Assembly (NCBI RefSeq): GCF_947568905.1
Contig: NC_079165.1
Coordinates: 73,160,001 to 73,224,000, forward strand
Reading direction: 5' to 3'
Length of the DNA: 64,000 bases
Source: Ostrea edulis
Taxonomy: Eukaryota
Below the pieces are notes generated by a model. That model was not told the origin of the DNA, did no database searches, and saw nothing but the letters and a program-made list of their open reading frames with translations. Position numbers and translations under genes: made by a program. Each line of letters starts with the position of its first letter. The stretch's first letter is position 1. Below are positions 52,202 through 64,000 of the stretch, one piece after another.

Positions 52202-55200
52202 ATGAACCAGGTACAGGGTAGCTGGATTTTAACTCTAATTTCATGCTTGCTGATAGAAAATACTCAATGTATTGCAGGTAAGTAGTGCATTATAATTGGT
52301 TATTGCTAATGAAATCAAACCTTAGCTGTCATTTTTGCGAGTTGTTATTTATACAAAACTACTTAAAGAAACTCCGCACATACCGATTTATCCTGAAGGT
52401 GAAGATCAATCTTATAAATCCTATAAAACAATACAACATTGACAGCAGGGCAGATATGGACCCCAGAGGTGGGATTAGGTTCCTGGAAGGACTGAAGTTC
52501 CCTGCTAACCGGTCTCTCTATTTTACATGTATGATAAAGATTCATTATGAAATTAAATAAGTTGAAGATATAAGACAGTGCAGGAATGTAAAGTTTGATG
52601 TTCTATAATTTCTACGATATTATAAACAAGCGAAGTTTTACCGACTTGAGAACTTTTTCATCATGTTCTAATCAAGGGCTGTTTCTTTTGCGGTGCAGTA
52701 CATTGATATCTTTATTTCGGAATCGCATAAAATAGAGAAAAGTTCATATTATAAAAATAGTTGAAAAATGTTATATTATTTTTAAAATGTTTATCTAGGG
52801 TGAATTTTCCCTTGAATCCAGTCTTACTCCTGCATTCATCCCAAAGTTGGATCGTGATATCGCTTTTGAAATTCAACTCAATAACGTGATAAAGTTGAAC
52901 TCTAAAACCCCCACAGATTTTTATATCAAACTGATATTTTTTGGATTGATTTACATCGTGAAAACATCCTGAGCTATGAATGCTTTCTCTCTGTATTCCT
53001 TGTGTATTCACTGGCATAAACACGCACCACAAAATACATATCAAAATTAAATTTCTCTAAATGAAGCCAGCCATTTATTATGGGGTAACTCAAATAATGG
53101 ATAATACGAGTAAGTTCATTCAAAAATTTAAGCGAATTATGGTCATGCGCTTGTGCTTTCATTCTTCCTATTTTTCGGCTTTAAATTAAACAATAATCTT
53201 TGGACCATTACAGAGTAAAGATACTGAATTTGTGAATTAAATGGAGTTACCCTCTATCATTTTCAAATTCATCAAGAAAAATACAGTTTGATTAATTCGT
53301 TCGACTTTATCAGCTTTATCAAAAAATTATGCAAGGAGAGAAATATATTGTTCTCAATGCAGCGCAAGTTATTTCCCCCTGATTAGGGACGGTCCTAAAG
53401 CGTAAGAAAGAAATAGGAAATTTACTATTTCTGATTGTAATTATCTATGAATTCATTGAAATGACTGAAAAATAAATTAGCATGACTATACAATAATTTT
53501 AGTCACTGATTACATTTATGTGTCCCTTGTGTGATTTTTCCACAAGCAATGTACAGGTCATGATGCAACAAAGTACATGCATGTAAATTAGTATTAGTCC
53601 GAGACTTATTTAGACCAGGATGTTTTTACATATCAGTAATTTTTCATTATTAATTTTTATCAATATTTCCGATGACCAAAACACAATTAGATATACCTGA
53701 TATTGCACGTGCAAACCAAAACATACAGTGCATTATTAACTTGTCATGTCACTCTACGACAAAAATACTTGTTGCTAAATGTTATTTTTAATCAGGTACT
53801 AATGAACAGAACATGTTAATTATGTGGAATCTAGTCTCATCTTTCTGTTGAAATGGGGTTTTATTCACGGTGTGATTCAATCTTATAAAAATACAATTTT
53901 GTACATGTGTAAATCAATTTACAGGTACAGCTTCGCCCGGATTGTAATTACTCAAATGTACACAAAAATGATTATCAGGCCTGCAGCAATAGAGGTTACT
54001 ACACAAAAATGATTATCAGGCCTGCAGCAATAGAGGTTACTACACAAAAATGATTATCAGGCCTGCAGCAATAGAGGTTACTACACAAAAATGATTATCA
54101 GGCCTGCAGCAATAGAGGTTACTATACAAAAATGATTATCAAGCCTGCAGCAATAGAGGTTACTACACAAAAATGATTATCAGGCCTGCAGCAATAGAGG
54201 TTACTACACAAAAATGATTATCAGGCCTGCAGCAATAGAGGTTATTACACAAAAATGATTATCAGGCCTGCAGCAATAGAGGTTACTATACAAAAATGAT
54301 TATCAGGCCTGCAGCAATAGAGGTTACTACACAAAAATGATTATCAGGCCTGCAGCAATAGAGGTTACTACACAAAAATGATTATCAGGCCTGCAGCAAT
54401 AGAGGTTACTACACAAAAATGATTATCAGTCTGCAGCAATAGAGGTTACTACACAAAAATGATTATCAGGCCTGCAGCAATAGAGGTTACTACACAAAAA
54501 TGATTATCAGGCCTGCAGCAATAGAGGTTACTACACAAAAATGATTATCAGGCCTGTAGCAATAGAGGTTACTACACAAAAATGATTATCAGGCGTGTAG
54601 CAATAGAGGTTACTACATGCAACGTTGGTTATTTTTTTATAAATAGACTGCCCTTTCCCTTAACAATAGTAGTAGTGAATTGTACATAGTGAAAATGTAA
54701 ATTTTAACCAATGAATTGAACTCAAGGATCAACCCTTGCTCCCTTCCCTTACGAATTAGGATTTAAAGGTTTGGATTTATTCTATTTTGATTGTTAAGAA
54801 TTTTCAGATAATATGGTGAAGTAAACTACCCCCCCCCCCCCCTTTTTGAAAATTTTTGCTTCGTGCCTAATTATATCACATGTTTTCATCGTATATATAT
54901 TTCCTAGAAACTTATTGTGGCTAGAGTTCTTTAGAAATTCTCTGTATCAATTGTATCATAACTTGAACAGAAATAAAAACATCAAATACCGCTGTAAGGA
55001 GGGGGGGGGGGGGGGGGGGGGGGGGGGCTTTTCCTTCCCAACCCTACAATTTCACGTAATGCACTTTCAAAAAAGTTTTTCCAATAAAATCGAAGAAACT
55101 AAATACAGTTTTATCATAGATGCTTAGGACCGCAATGGTAAGCACGCCCCCTACTTCCAGTGTAAGGGGAGTAACTGCATAAATGTCGCTGCGGATACAG

Positions 55201-58200
55201 TCAGAGCAGCTACAGGCTTGTAGATAATGTTGCTATATGTATAGCTCTGTAAAGATATGTAAGACTGAAGCAAGACAAGAGGAAATGGAAAATTAAAATA
55301 TAACGTGACATGGAATTAAGAATGCTATGTCGCAAAATAAAATTTAGAATGAAGAATGCAAATTAAAATGTTATTATAAGGTAAAATGAAATTAAAATGT
55401 CTTATAGTAAAATCCTTGTTAGAATAAAGAATACAAAAAGGATGCATAGAATTATGGCGGTAATTCCTTTCCATAGATCAGTGTCAAACTACAATTACCG
55501 TGAATATATGCGTACCGTATTGTTTTCCTCCAATAGTTTTGCTACTACGACGTGACTTCCCACTGCTTTCTTTATACACCTATCAACCAATACTTTTAAC
55601 TATTCCACTTTGCGGGGTCAGCCAAAGGCCAATCGGTGAATAACTGAGTTTTCCTTCTTCACCCTACCAAATGCGTTAGGTTAAATCTGTGAATAAATAG
55701 TTAATTAATTATCAAAGTACATGTAGTACCAAACACCTGTAAAACAGTTTTCTATATATCTTCTTAAATTTATTGATTTAATAAATGAAATACCCTTAAT
55801 ATTCAATTATGTTCTAAACAAACTAATATCATCCACAACATGTATTTGACATAGTTTGAAAAATATGGGAGACATAATAATATGATAATAGCCTTTATTT
55901 ATCCAGGGTAACACAAATTAGCATATAGCTAGTTTCCATTGTGGTCCTGCATTAAAACATAGATACAAACATAAAATTAACATCTAAAATTTGTATCTAA
56001 ATATGAATACGATATAAAAGGAAAGGGAGAGAAAAAAACATAGCATAAGTCACACTTAATTAGTGATAAAATCATTATCTAAATATGAATACATGACATA
56101 AAAGGAGAGAAGAAAATATAGCATCAGACACACGCACACACAGTGCCATATCGCAACTACATTTGGCACACTTGAACAAAAAGAGGAAAGCACGATGTTT
56201 AAGTGCTACTTCTATGAAAATATTCCATCAAATACAATATAGCTTTAAAAATGCCAACCGAACCAGAGTTTCGAACATTTTGAGACAGTTTTTTTTCCTA
56301 AAGGAATGCAGAAGAGTAGCTGTATGAACGTTTATAATTTTCTGTTTTAGCTCTTGGTAAATATAATAAATTAGACATATAATCATTCGACCTGGTTTGG
56401 CGGCAACTCACATCTCTTGTATATTTAAACATGTTTAGGTAATTTGGCATTTGATTATTTAAAACTTTGAACAGAAAGACAACCTTTTTAAACATAAAAT
56501 AATTCTTATTTGGCATCCAATTCAATCAAGAAAAGAGTCGACATTCACATCATAAAACTAGAGGATATGAGAATAATTGTACCTTACTGTATTCATTCAG
56601 ATATTCATTTGTTACAGAGAAAGAGTACGCAAAACAATTCATCCCGACAGAGAGTTCTTATTTTAATGAGGATCGTTGTCAGGGTGATGAGGTATGTATT
56701 TTAATGAGGATCGTTGTCAGGGTGATAAGGTATGTATTATAATGAGGATCGTTGTCAGGGTGATGAGGTATGTATTGTAATGAGGATCGTTGTCAGGGTG
56801 ATAAGGTATATATTGTAATGAGGATCGTTGTCAGGGTGATAAGGTATGTATTGTAATGAGGATCGTTGTCAGGGTGATGAGGTATGTATTATAATGAGGA
56901 TCGTTGTCAGGGTGATAAGGTATGTATTGTAATGAGGATCGTTGTCAGGGTGATAAGGTATGTATTATAATGAGGATCGTTGTCAGGGTGATAAGGTATG
57001 TATTGTAATGAGGATCGTTGTCAGGGTGATAAGGTATATATTGTAATGAGGATCGTTGTCAGGGTGATAAGGTATGTATTGTAATGAGGATCGTTGTCAG
57101 GATGATGAGGTATGTATTGTAATGAGGATCGTTGTCAGGGTGATAAGGTATGTATTGTAATGAGGATCGTTGTCAGGGTGATAAGGTATGTATTTTCACT
57201 ATTTTAGAAATTCTTCCCATAAGACAAAGGTACAAGGAAGCACCCGGAGCAGAAAGGGACGCGGATCAGCGACGTGAAATAAAGATAGTTTTTTTTTGTT
57301 GTTTTTTTTTTTTAATATGCATGGAACTGGCCCAAATTACATACAATTTTTCAAACTGCTTTCTACCATTGACGACAAATGATTATAATTAACCCGTCAT
57401 TGGTATGTACACAATATGCTCTTACTTAATGTGATGAATTATATGAGGGAGAATGTACCAAGTATTTGTCATGTGAAGAACTATATGAACATCTAAATAC
57501 ACATTCATACAGATATGACAGTCATATTTCGTGTTTGCAGTATGTAGAATGTAGTTATTGATATTAAAAGACTACATTTCCTTTTTTATTTCAGGCTATA
57601 ACAAATCTACTGAATGATGTTAGGAAGCTTATGCGAGAAAACCATGTTGACGCCTACATAATATGTAACGAAAATGAAAATATGGTACGTATTGAAGGGT
57701 ACTGTTACGACAGCATAAGCGCACAATCTTCACGCCTTCCATATAATCATTCTCCGGTGAATCGTCTCAATTAAGATATATAAGATTCAAACTGTTTATG
57801 CAAAGTACAAATTTATGTGCATGTATAAAATACATTAGGGATGAATTCTTCTCAGACAAAGAACTGTGAACGATAGTATTGTTTCACCGCCTACCTTCTG
57901 ATGAATTTTTAAAAGTTATCATTTCTAAATGGGTTTTTTTTTATGTCAATATACATGTAGATATTCATACGAATTTTCATAAAAGTTGATTTAATTGACA
58001 AAACAAAGAGAGATAACTCTATAATATGGGTTAAAATTTCACTATAGGAATCAATGGTAAACGGAAACTATTTTTAACACCCCCTCCCGGAGGGGAAGGA
58101 ATTGCAAGTTCCTTTTTGCAGGTATTATACATTGTCATTTAGCTTTTGTTGTTTCACGAGGGGGGGGGACACATGTTTACAGATCAAAACACAGTGAAAA

Positions 58201-61200
58201 TATTTACTCTGTGATCAATTGCAAATGAGGATAAAGTGTGAGAAATGAAGATTGACTTAATAATATAAAGTAATTTGACAAATTAATTGGTTATTTATTG
58301 CTATAAATAAAAAAATTAAAATATATGACGTTTTAAAGCCCGGTTTCAAGGACCTAATAAAAAATAATTGAAATTAAGAGCATTTGATTAACTAACATTG
58401 GTATTAAAGTTAATAATCAATTACTAATAAATTCTACTTTGCATTTAAAAAAATATCATTTAGCAAGATTGCAAAGATTTTTAAAATACACGCGTTGAAG
58501 AGTAAGCGTATGTAGTTCTTAGAGAATATACATCATTTTCCTAGTGTTTAATAATCATGCTATGTAGAAAGATAGAGAATTGTAATCGTGTACATATTGC
58601 TTATGCTGTAAATCAGAACATAATTTGTAAAATGTATTGGCGTGGTGTTAAATATACCACCATAATAAACACAGGTGTTAAGCCCGTTTTGACACGAAAC
58701 TCCTCGTAACCATAAATAAAGGGATTGAACTCTGACCTAGATAAAACCACAGGAGTCTGAAGTTTTATCAATTAAGTTTAAAATAAAAATCATGAAAAAA
58801 ATACCCACCGTCTTCTAAAAAAATACAAAGACGGTGGATATGTTTTTTCCGGATTGGATATTTTTTCCCGGATTTTTATTTTAATTTAATTGATAATACT
58901 TCAGACTCCTGTGATAAAGCTATACCCACTCGCATCAAACGCCAAAAGAATTTTTTTAAAATCGTTTTGAACCACGTAATATACAGGTCGCCGTACATAA
59001 AGTATTTGTCGTAACTTAATGCATGCAAGTCACAGGGTCTTAAAACAGCAGAGATATCCATGTACGTCATCATTTTCGCAATTTCACCTGTTTATTTTAC
59101 TAGGACATTCACCGGTCCAGTTCACTCTATGGGTTTTCCCAGCAGCAGCGAAATCCAAACAAGTGCGATACATTTCACATCATTTACATACGGAATTTCA
59201 CATGAAATCTCTGCTACATGTACTTATTCATATTTCAGTAAAGTTCTCTCTGTATGCTACATGTGTATATCTGAGTCTTTTATTCTGCAACTAAATCGAC
59301 TGCTAACAAAACCAACCATTTTTATCGAAACGAGCTTTTGGCAATCAGACTCACAGTGTAGGTTTGACTCGGCCATGACAAATGGGCTTAACTCCTGTGA
59401 TATAAATAAAATACTACATGCGCATATAACTAATATATCCTTTACCAGGATTTCTAAATCTTTTGGCAATATCAATTTAGTCAAGAGAAAGTTCTCAATT
59501 ATATGCAAGTGATAATGGAATATTGTTTATAGAAAACAACGTCGTCGATATATCTAAATGTCTAGTTGAAGACCACAGCAAGATATTTTTTCCTTCTCAT
59601 GTAGAAGCTTTTGAATAAACTTTACTTCTGATATCTATTCAAGGGTTCCTTAACTCCCCATGACAGACGACTAAAGGCTATTTCTAGCTTCTCTGAGAAA
59701 ATAGGTAAGATTGTTAATGTGTCTTTCATAGTACAATGTATCAGACGTATTTAGAAGATTTGAATGATAACTACATGTATACTATATATGAGTGTATGTC
59801 ATCATATGAACATCCTGGCATCCTAGGTACCGCAGTGGTGACGCTGGACAAGGCAGCGTTATGGACAGACGGCCGGACATTCCAGAAAGCCATTGATAAT
59901 GTAGACTGTGGGTGGACAGTTTACAGAAAAGGTATCATCGTCATATTGATCTAATACAAACGTTTTACAAAGCGATTTTGCTTTTAATGGTCCTGAGATC
60001 GAAGATAGAGGACTTATCAATATTGTTCTTGTAATGTTCAGGTCACAAGTAGTGTTTCGATGTAGTTAAGTGTGCTTATTCAGGACTACAGACTTGGCGG
60101 CAATTACAATCAAGATAGATAACTCCCAAATCCGTTGCTACATAATGTATATGTAGATAAGTCGTACGTAGAAGTACATTACAGTTCTAGGCCTATTCTC
60201 TTTAGAGAAGTCGAGAGGCATAGCCTTCATCGACTTCTCTTCGCAAGCATTCATATTTTGATTCTGGAAAACGTGTAAATGCCGGAGTCGGTGACGGTTT
60301 ATGCTTCGACCGACGGTTCGACTCAGATGTGCCTGGATTTACGCAATAGACAACTTGTTTTCAAACATTTAGCAGTAATGCACAAAACCGTCACAAGGAA
60401 ATCAACACTTACTTGCTTTTAATCCATTTTCAACATGTCCCCTGTCCCGGGTTTAAATCACAACTCTGTTTACTTTCTCTTAACTGGTCCCCTATTTTGA
60501 CAACTCCCAAGACCAGTTAACGTTAACCCGGGACAGGGGACATATTGAAAATGGATTAAAAGCAAGTAAGTGTTGATTTCCTTGCGACGGTTTTGTGCAT
60601 TACTGCTAAATGTTTGAAAACAAGTTGTCTATTGCGTAAATCCAGGCACATCTGAGTCTAACCGTCGGTCGAAGCATAAACCGTCACCGACTCCGGCATT
60701 TACACGTTTTCCAGAATCAAAATATGAATGCTTGCGAAGAGAAGTCGATGAAGGCTATGCCTCTCGACTTCTCTAAAGAGAATATTCTAGGCCTTTCTGT
60801 CACTTTATATGCCCTTTAATCTTATCTCTACCATGACTCTTTAAATATGAAAGATAAGGACTTTATAATTTATGAACTGAAGGTCAAAGCTTCTTTTAAA
60901 TACGCAAAAATGCCGCTAACAGCGTGTAAAATACACCCGTCATTATAAGAGGTTTCAACACCGCCGTCGTTTCAACACCGCCGTCATATTTAAGGATCCA
61001 CAATTCGTGTAACAATAACGAAAATAAAATGATTCTTTACTACCTTCTTTACTTTAAAGGAGGAAAATATACAACTTCTGTAGTTGACTGGATACATGAC
61101 AACACGGGAGACGTCATTTCCGTTGGGGCATGTCCATATCTGATGAACTCAGGTGAGTTATAATTTTTAAGGAATGTTTGTAATACGGCGTGACCGTTGA

Positions 61201-63902
61201 GAGGAGCAAAGTTTAAAACATCTTAGAAAATGACATTATACATTTGATCCGCCTATATATTTAATGCGAGAAATACAACGCCAGTTTTAATGTAAACAGT
61301 GTATTACATGACGTCATGTTTAGTGTCGCTCTTTCTTCCTTCAAACCAATCAATTTCATCACCAGCAACAAAACCGTAAGAAGGTATGAGAAGACTCGTC
61401 TGGTTATAAATACATGGTACTTTGTACTTACTACATTCAGGCCTATATAACTATGTAACTAAACATACACACAATGACAGTTCGCGTGTGTAAAATATTG
61501 ACAGCAGCAAGTTTCTGTCAGTCACAGAAAGAGACAAGTATTCAAAAGTAAATAATTATATTTAGATAGAAATCGACGGACAATGGGTTAATGTTTGAGT
61601 ACACACATACAATCAACATGCCAAAACAGTTTACTTGTAAATTTAATTCATTTTTATGATGATTCCCTTAAGTTCGTATGTATTCGAAGATGACTTGACG
61701 AAAAACAAAATTGTGTATCGTGACGTCATATGTTTCCGACTTTCGAAGCGCTATAATATCAGTAGCAGGGCTTAAGTGATACTTGTAATTTGCCATCCGT
61801 GATTCCGATAAAAAAAATTCAAAGCAGAGGAAAGGTACATAATTCTTTAAAACTAATTATATAGGTGAAGAAAACGCGACAGTTCACTTTGGGTAGCCAC
61901 CATCATTTTACAGCTGGCGAAGATCAGATCACGCGATTCACATGTCTAATCATTGGAGCGAGCTCGCTATTAATGGTGTATAAAAAGTCAAGCAAGAAGG
62001 GAATGATTTGTATTGGAAGAGGAAGGGAGAAAATGCAACGGACCGGGTCCCCAGAATCTCTTGTCAGGTGCTCTACCAACTGAGCTATCTGGCCATCGGC
62101 GAACGGACCCGTCTGACCACTACACCCCCCCCCCCCCCCCCCCCCCCTCGTTAAATGTCTTCACGCCACAAAGACATACACCCCGAAATCTTTATTCCTT
62201 GGCAGGCATTTTTACCTGTCAGTTTCAGGGCTGGTCTTCGGCACCAAAAGTAACATGAAGGCAAAAAATACAATCGACCAGACAGAAATTCGAATCCAGA
62301 CCCAAAGAATTTTTCATGAAATTTTGTTTTAACCAGTCGCAGTGGCTCAATGGATTCGAATCCAGTTCGTACCTTGGCTTCAACAAAACTAAGACGTAAC
62401 AATCGCTAGTATCTGCTCCTCCACCAAACACGCTGTAAGCGAGTCACAAATCATTACGATGTAGTCAGGTATAGGTCTAGATATGTGGCACTTCACCGAC
62501 AACTAGGGATGTCTTGAATTGAGTAAAAATGATCCCGAAGAGACCTAAAACAAGCAAAGAAAAGCAAAAAAAAAATTATCTCCTCTTTTCACAGTCACAC
62601 TAAGCATTTGTATTTTTAGTTTGGTGGAACAACTTCCAAGACGTCTTTGAAGAAAAGGGCACAAATTTTGTTCCTCTCTATACAGACCTTATCGATTTAG
62701 TTTGGACAGAAGACCGGCCGTCTCTGCCATCTTCACCTATTCACATTTTACCACTTCAACTTGCAGGTACATGTCTTCACCCCACAGACTTCCTGAATCT
62801 GGCTTGGATTTCTCGAACACATCTCGAACTTAAGTTATTTGATGTTCAGTGGTAAAGAGTTCGCTTCGTAACCAGGAGTTCTCAGGGTTGAGTCCGAGCA
62901 CTGCTCGTGTCATGGCCGCATCAAACCTAAGTGTGATTTCTCCTTCGCCAAAATGCTCGGCATTGAGAAATGAGAATCACGGGTCTTTCGGATATGACCT
63001 TTAAAACGGAGGTTACGTGTCGCAGCAGGCGTTGGCACGATAAAGAACACTCATGATTGCTAGGACCCTGAGTGGTAAGCATAGGTCTGATTTGTGTACT
63101 TCACCTACAGCTGGTGACGTCTCAATATGAGTGAAAATTTCTCGGTGGAACTTAAAATAATCATTCTTTTATTTGAGCAGTCAAAATTTGAGTAAAATCC
63201 TGTGGGGACCCGGGTTAAAATATGTCATCAGTACCCCTTGCTTATCGTTAGAGGCGACTTAATGGGGCGGTCCTTCGGATGACACCGGAAAAACCGAGGC
63301 CCCATGTCACAGCAGGTATGGCACGATAAAGATCCCCCTGCTCAAAGACATTAAGCGCTGAGCATAGGCCGAAGTTTTGCAGCCCTTCACCGGCAATGGT
63401 GACATCTCCATACGAGTGAAACATTTTGATATCAAGTTTCTACTTAAGTTTTTATTTTTCGAGAAATCCAGACCCGATCTGGAATAATAAATTCCAGAAA
63501 TAATTTGTTTTCATGCTTGTGAAATGGTAATACTATGTAACAGAAAGGAAACGTTTAGGAAATGAAGGCAATTACATAAAGGTAAGATGTGCATTCACAA
63601 TATCATTGCAGGCGAATCCTGGCAAACAAAAATAAAACGGGCATTGCATGAAATGGAAGACAAGGATGTCGATGTTCTGGTTTTGACTAATCTGGATGAA
63701 ATTGCCTGTACGTAATACTGGTGACCATGTACAATATAGTATAGAAAAAATGCATACTTATTTCTTACTTACAATGTATGTAGATTTATATCCATTTGTT
63801 ATTATTTCTTGCAGGGCTTTTTAACCTTAGGGCAAGGGATTTTGTCTTTGATCCCTATTTCATATCGTTTTGTGTGATAGGTGCTAAAACAGGTGATATA
63901 AG
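52202..63902 (+). CDS. Secreted aminopeptidase-P homolog, tandem copy 2 (exons 1-9; continues beyond window)
   Basis: Exons 52202-52277 (MNQVQGSWILTLISCLLIENTQCIA), 56618-56691, 57595-57684, 59644-59704, 59827-59931, 61060-61152, 62620-62766, 63612-63707, 63815-63902. Exon lengths and phases are identical to copy 1; no stop or frameshift seen in these exons. Confidence 0.9.
53958..54616. repeat. 41-bp minisatellite, ~16 copies (intron 1 of copy 2)
   Basis: ACACAAAAATGATTATCAGGCCTGCAGCAATAGAGGTTACT; period 41. Confidence 0.97.
56665..57192. repeat. 38-bp minisatellite made of the exon-2 3' end plus splice donor, ~14 copies
   Basis: AATGAGGATCGTTGTCAGGGTGATAAG|GTATGTATTGT; period 38 (56779, 56817). 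Confidence 0.96.
60194..60784. mobile_element. 591-bp foldback non-autonomous DNA transposon, ~260-bp TIRs, 9-bp TSD
   Basis: TTCTAGGCC|TATTCTCTTTAGAGAAGTCGAGAGG...CCTCTCGACTTCTCTAAAGAGAATA|TTCTAGGCC; arms are near-perfect inverted copies. Confidence 0.9.
62830..63420 (+). mobile_element. Two adjacent SINEs (62830-63165 tRNA-headed; 63199-63420 headless family)
   Basis: Both share the central GTGTC(G/A)CAGCAGG...GGCACGATAAAGA domain and a 3' GGTGAC(G/A)TCTC(C/A)ATA...GAGTGAAA motif. Confidence 0.7.
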
Positions 63903-64000
63903 GTAATGTTCGTCATTCTAATTAAATCAAATCGATAGGACAAAATATAGTTCTCAACTGAAACGTTTCTAACGTTGATGATCAGATACAGCATCTTTTT

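Noticed and set aside
52712-53044. Nested 110-aa secreted peptide gene on the minus strand
   Set aside because: The homologous copy-1 region has stops in that frame and no known motif; kept only as a non-coding conservation finding.
54998-55027. Functional G-quadruplex in poly-G/poly-C runs (also 26760, 54829, 62125)
   Set aside because: Plain homopolymers, common in such assemblies and not conserved between paralogs.

Overview
Eukaryotic, AT-rich, intron- and repeat-dense DNA. The repeat families (166-bp Cg170-like satellite inside a Helentron-type element, bivalve SINEs, Penelope fragments) point to an oyster (Ostreidae); this is inference, not a database match. The window has three main components. 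(1) A complete 21-exon, 705-aa secreted aminopeptidase-P (M24B, XPNPEP-like) gene at 3633-29533 (+). It keeps all five metal ligands but has lost both second-shell catalytic histidines. (2) An 11.7-kb DNA transposon at 40295-51979 with ~150-bp TIRs, a perfect 9-bp TSD and two convergent spliced genes: a RecQ-like SF2 helicase (+) and a ~973-aa DDE-type transposase (-). This matches the AcademH architecture, and the copy is mildly decayed. (3) A tandem paralog of the aminopeptidase gene, starting 213 bp after the transposon's right TSD and running off the window end (exons 1-9 visible). Also present: a tRNA-Glu(TTC), about a dozen minisatellites/satellites (one grown from a Penelope 3' terminus, one from an exon/splice-donor junction), SINEs, MITEs and foldback elements. 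All exon structures and alignments were done by eye.
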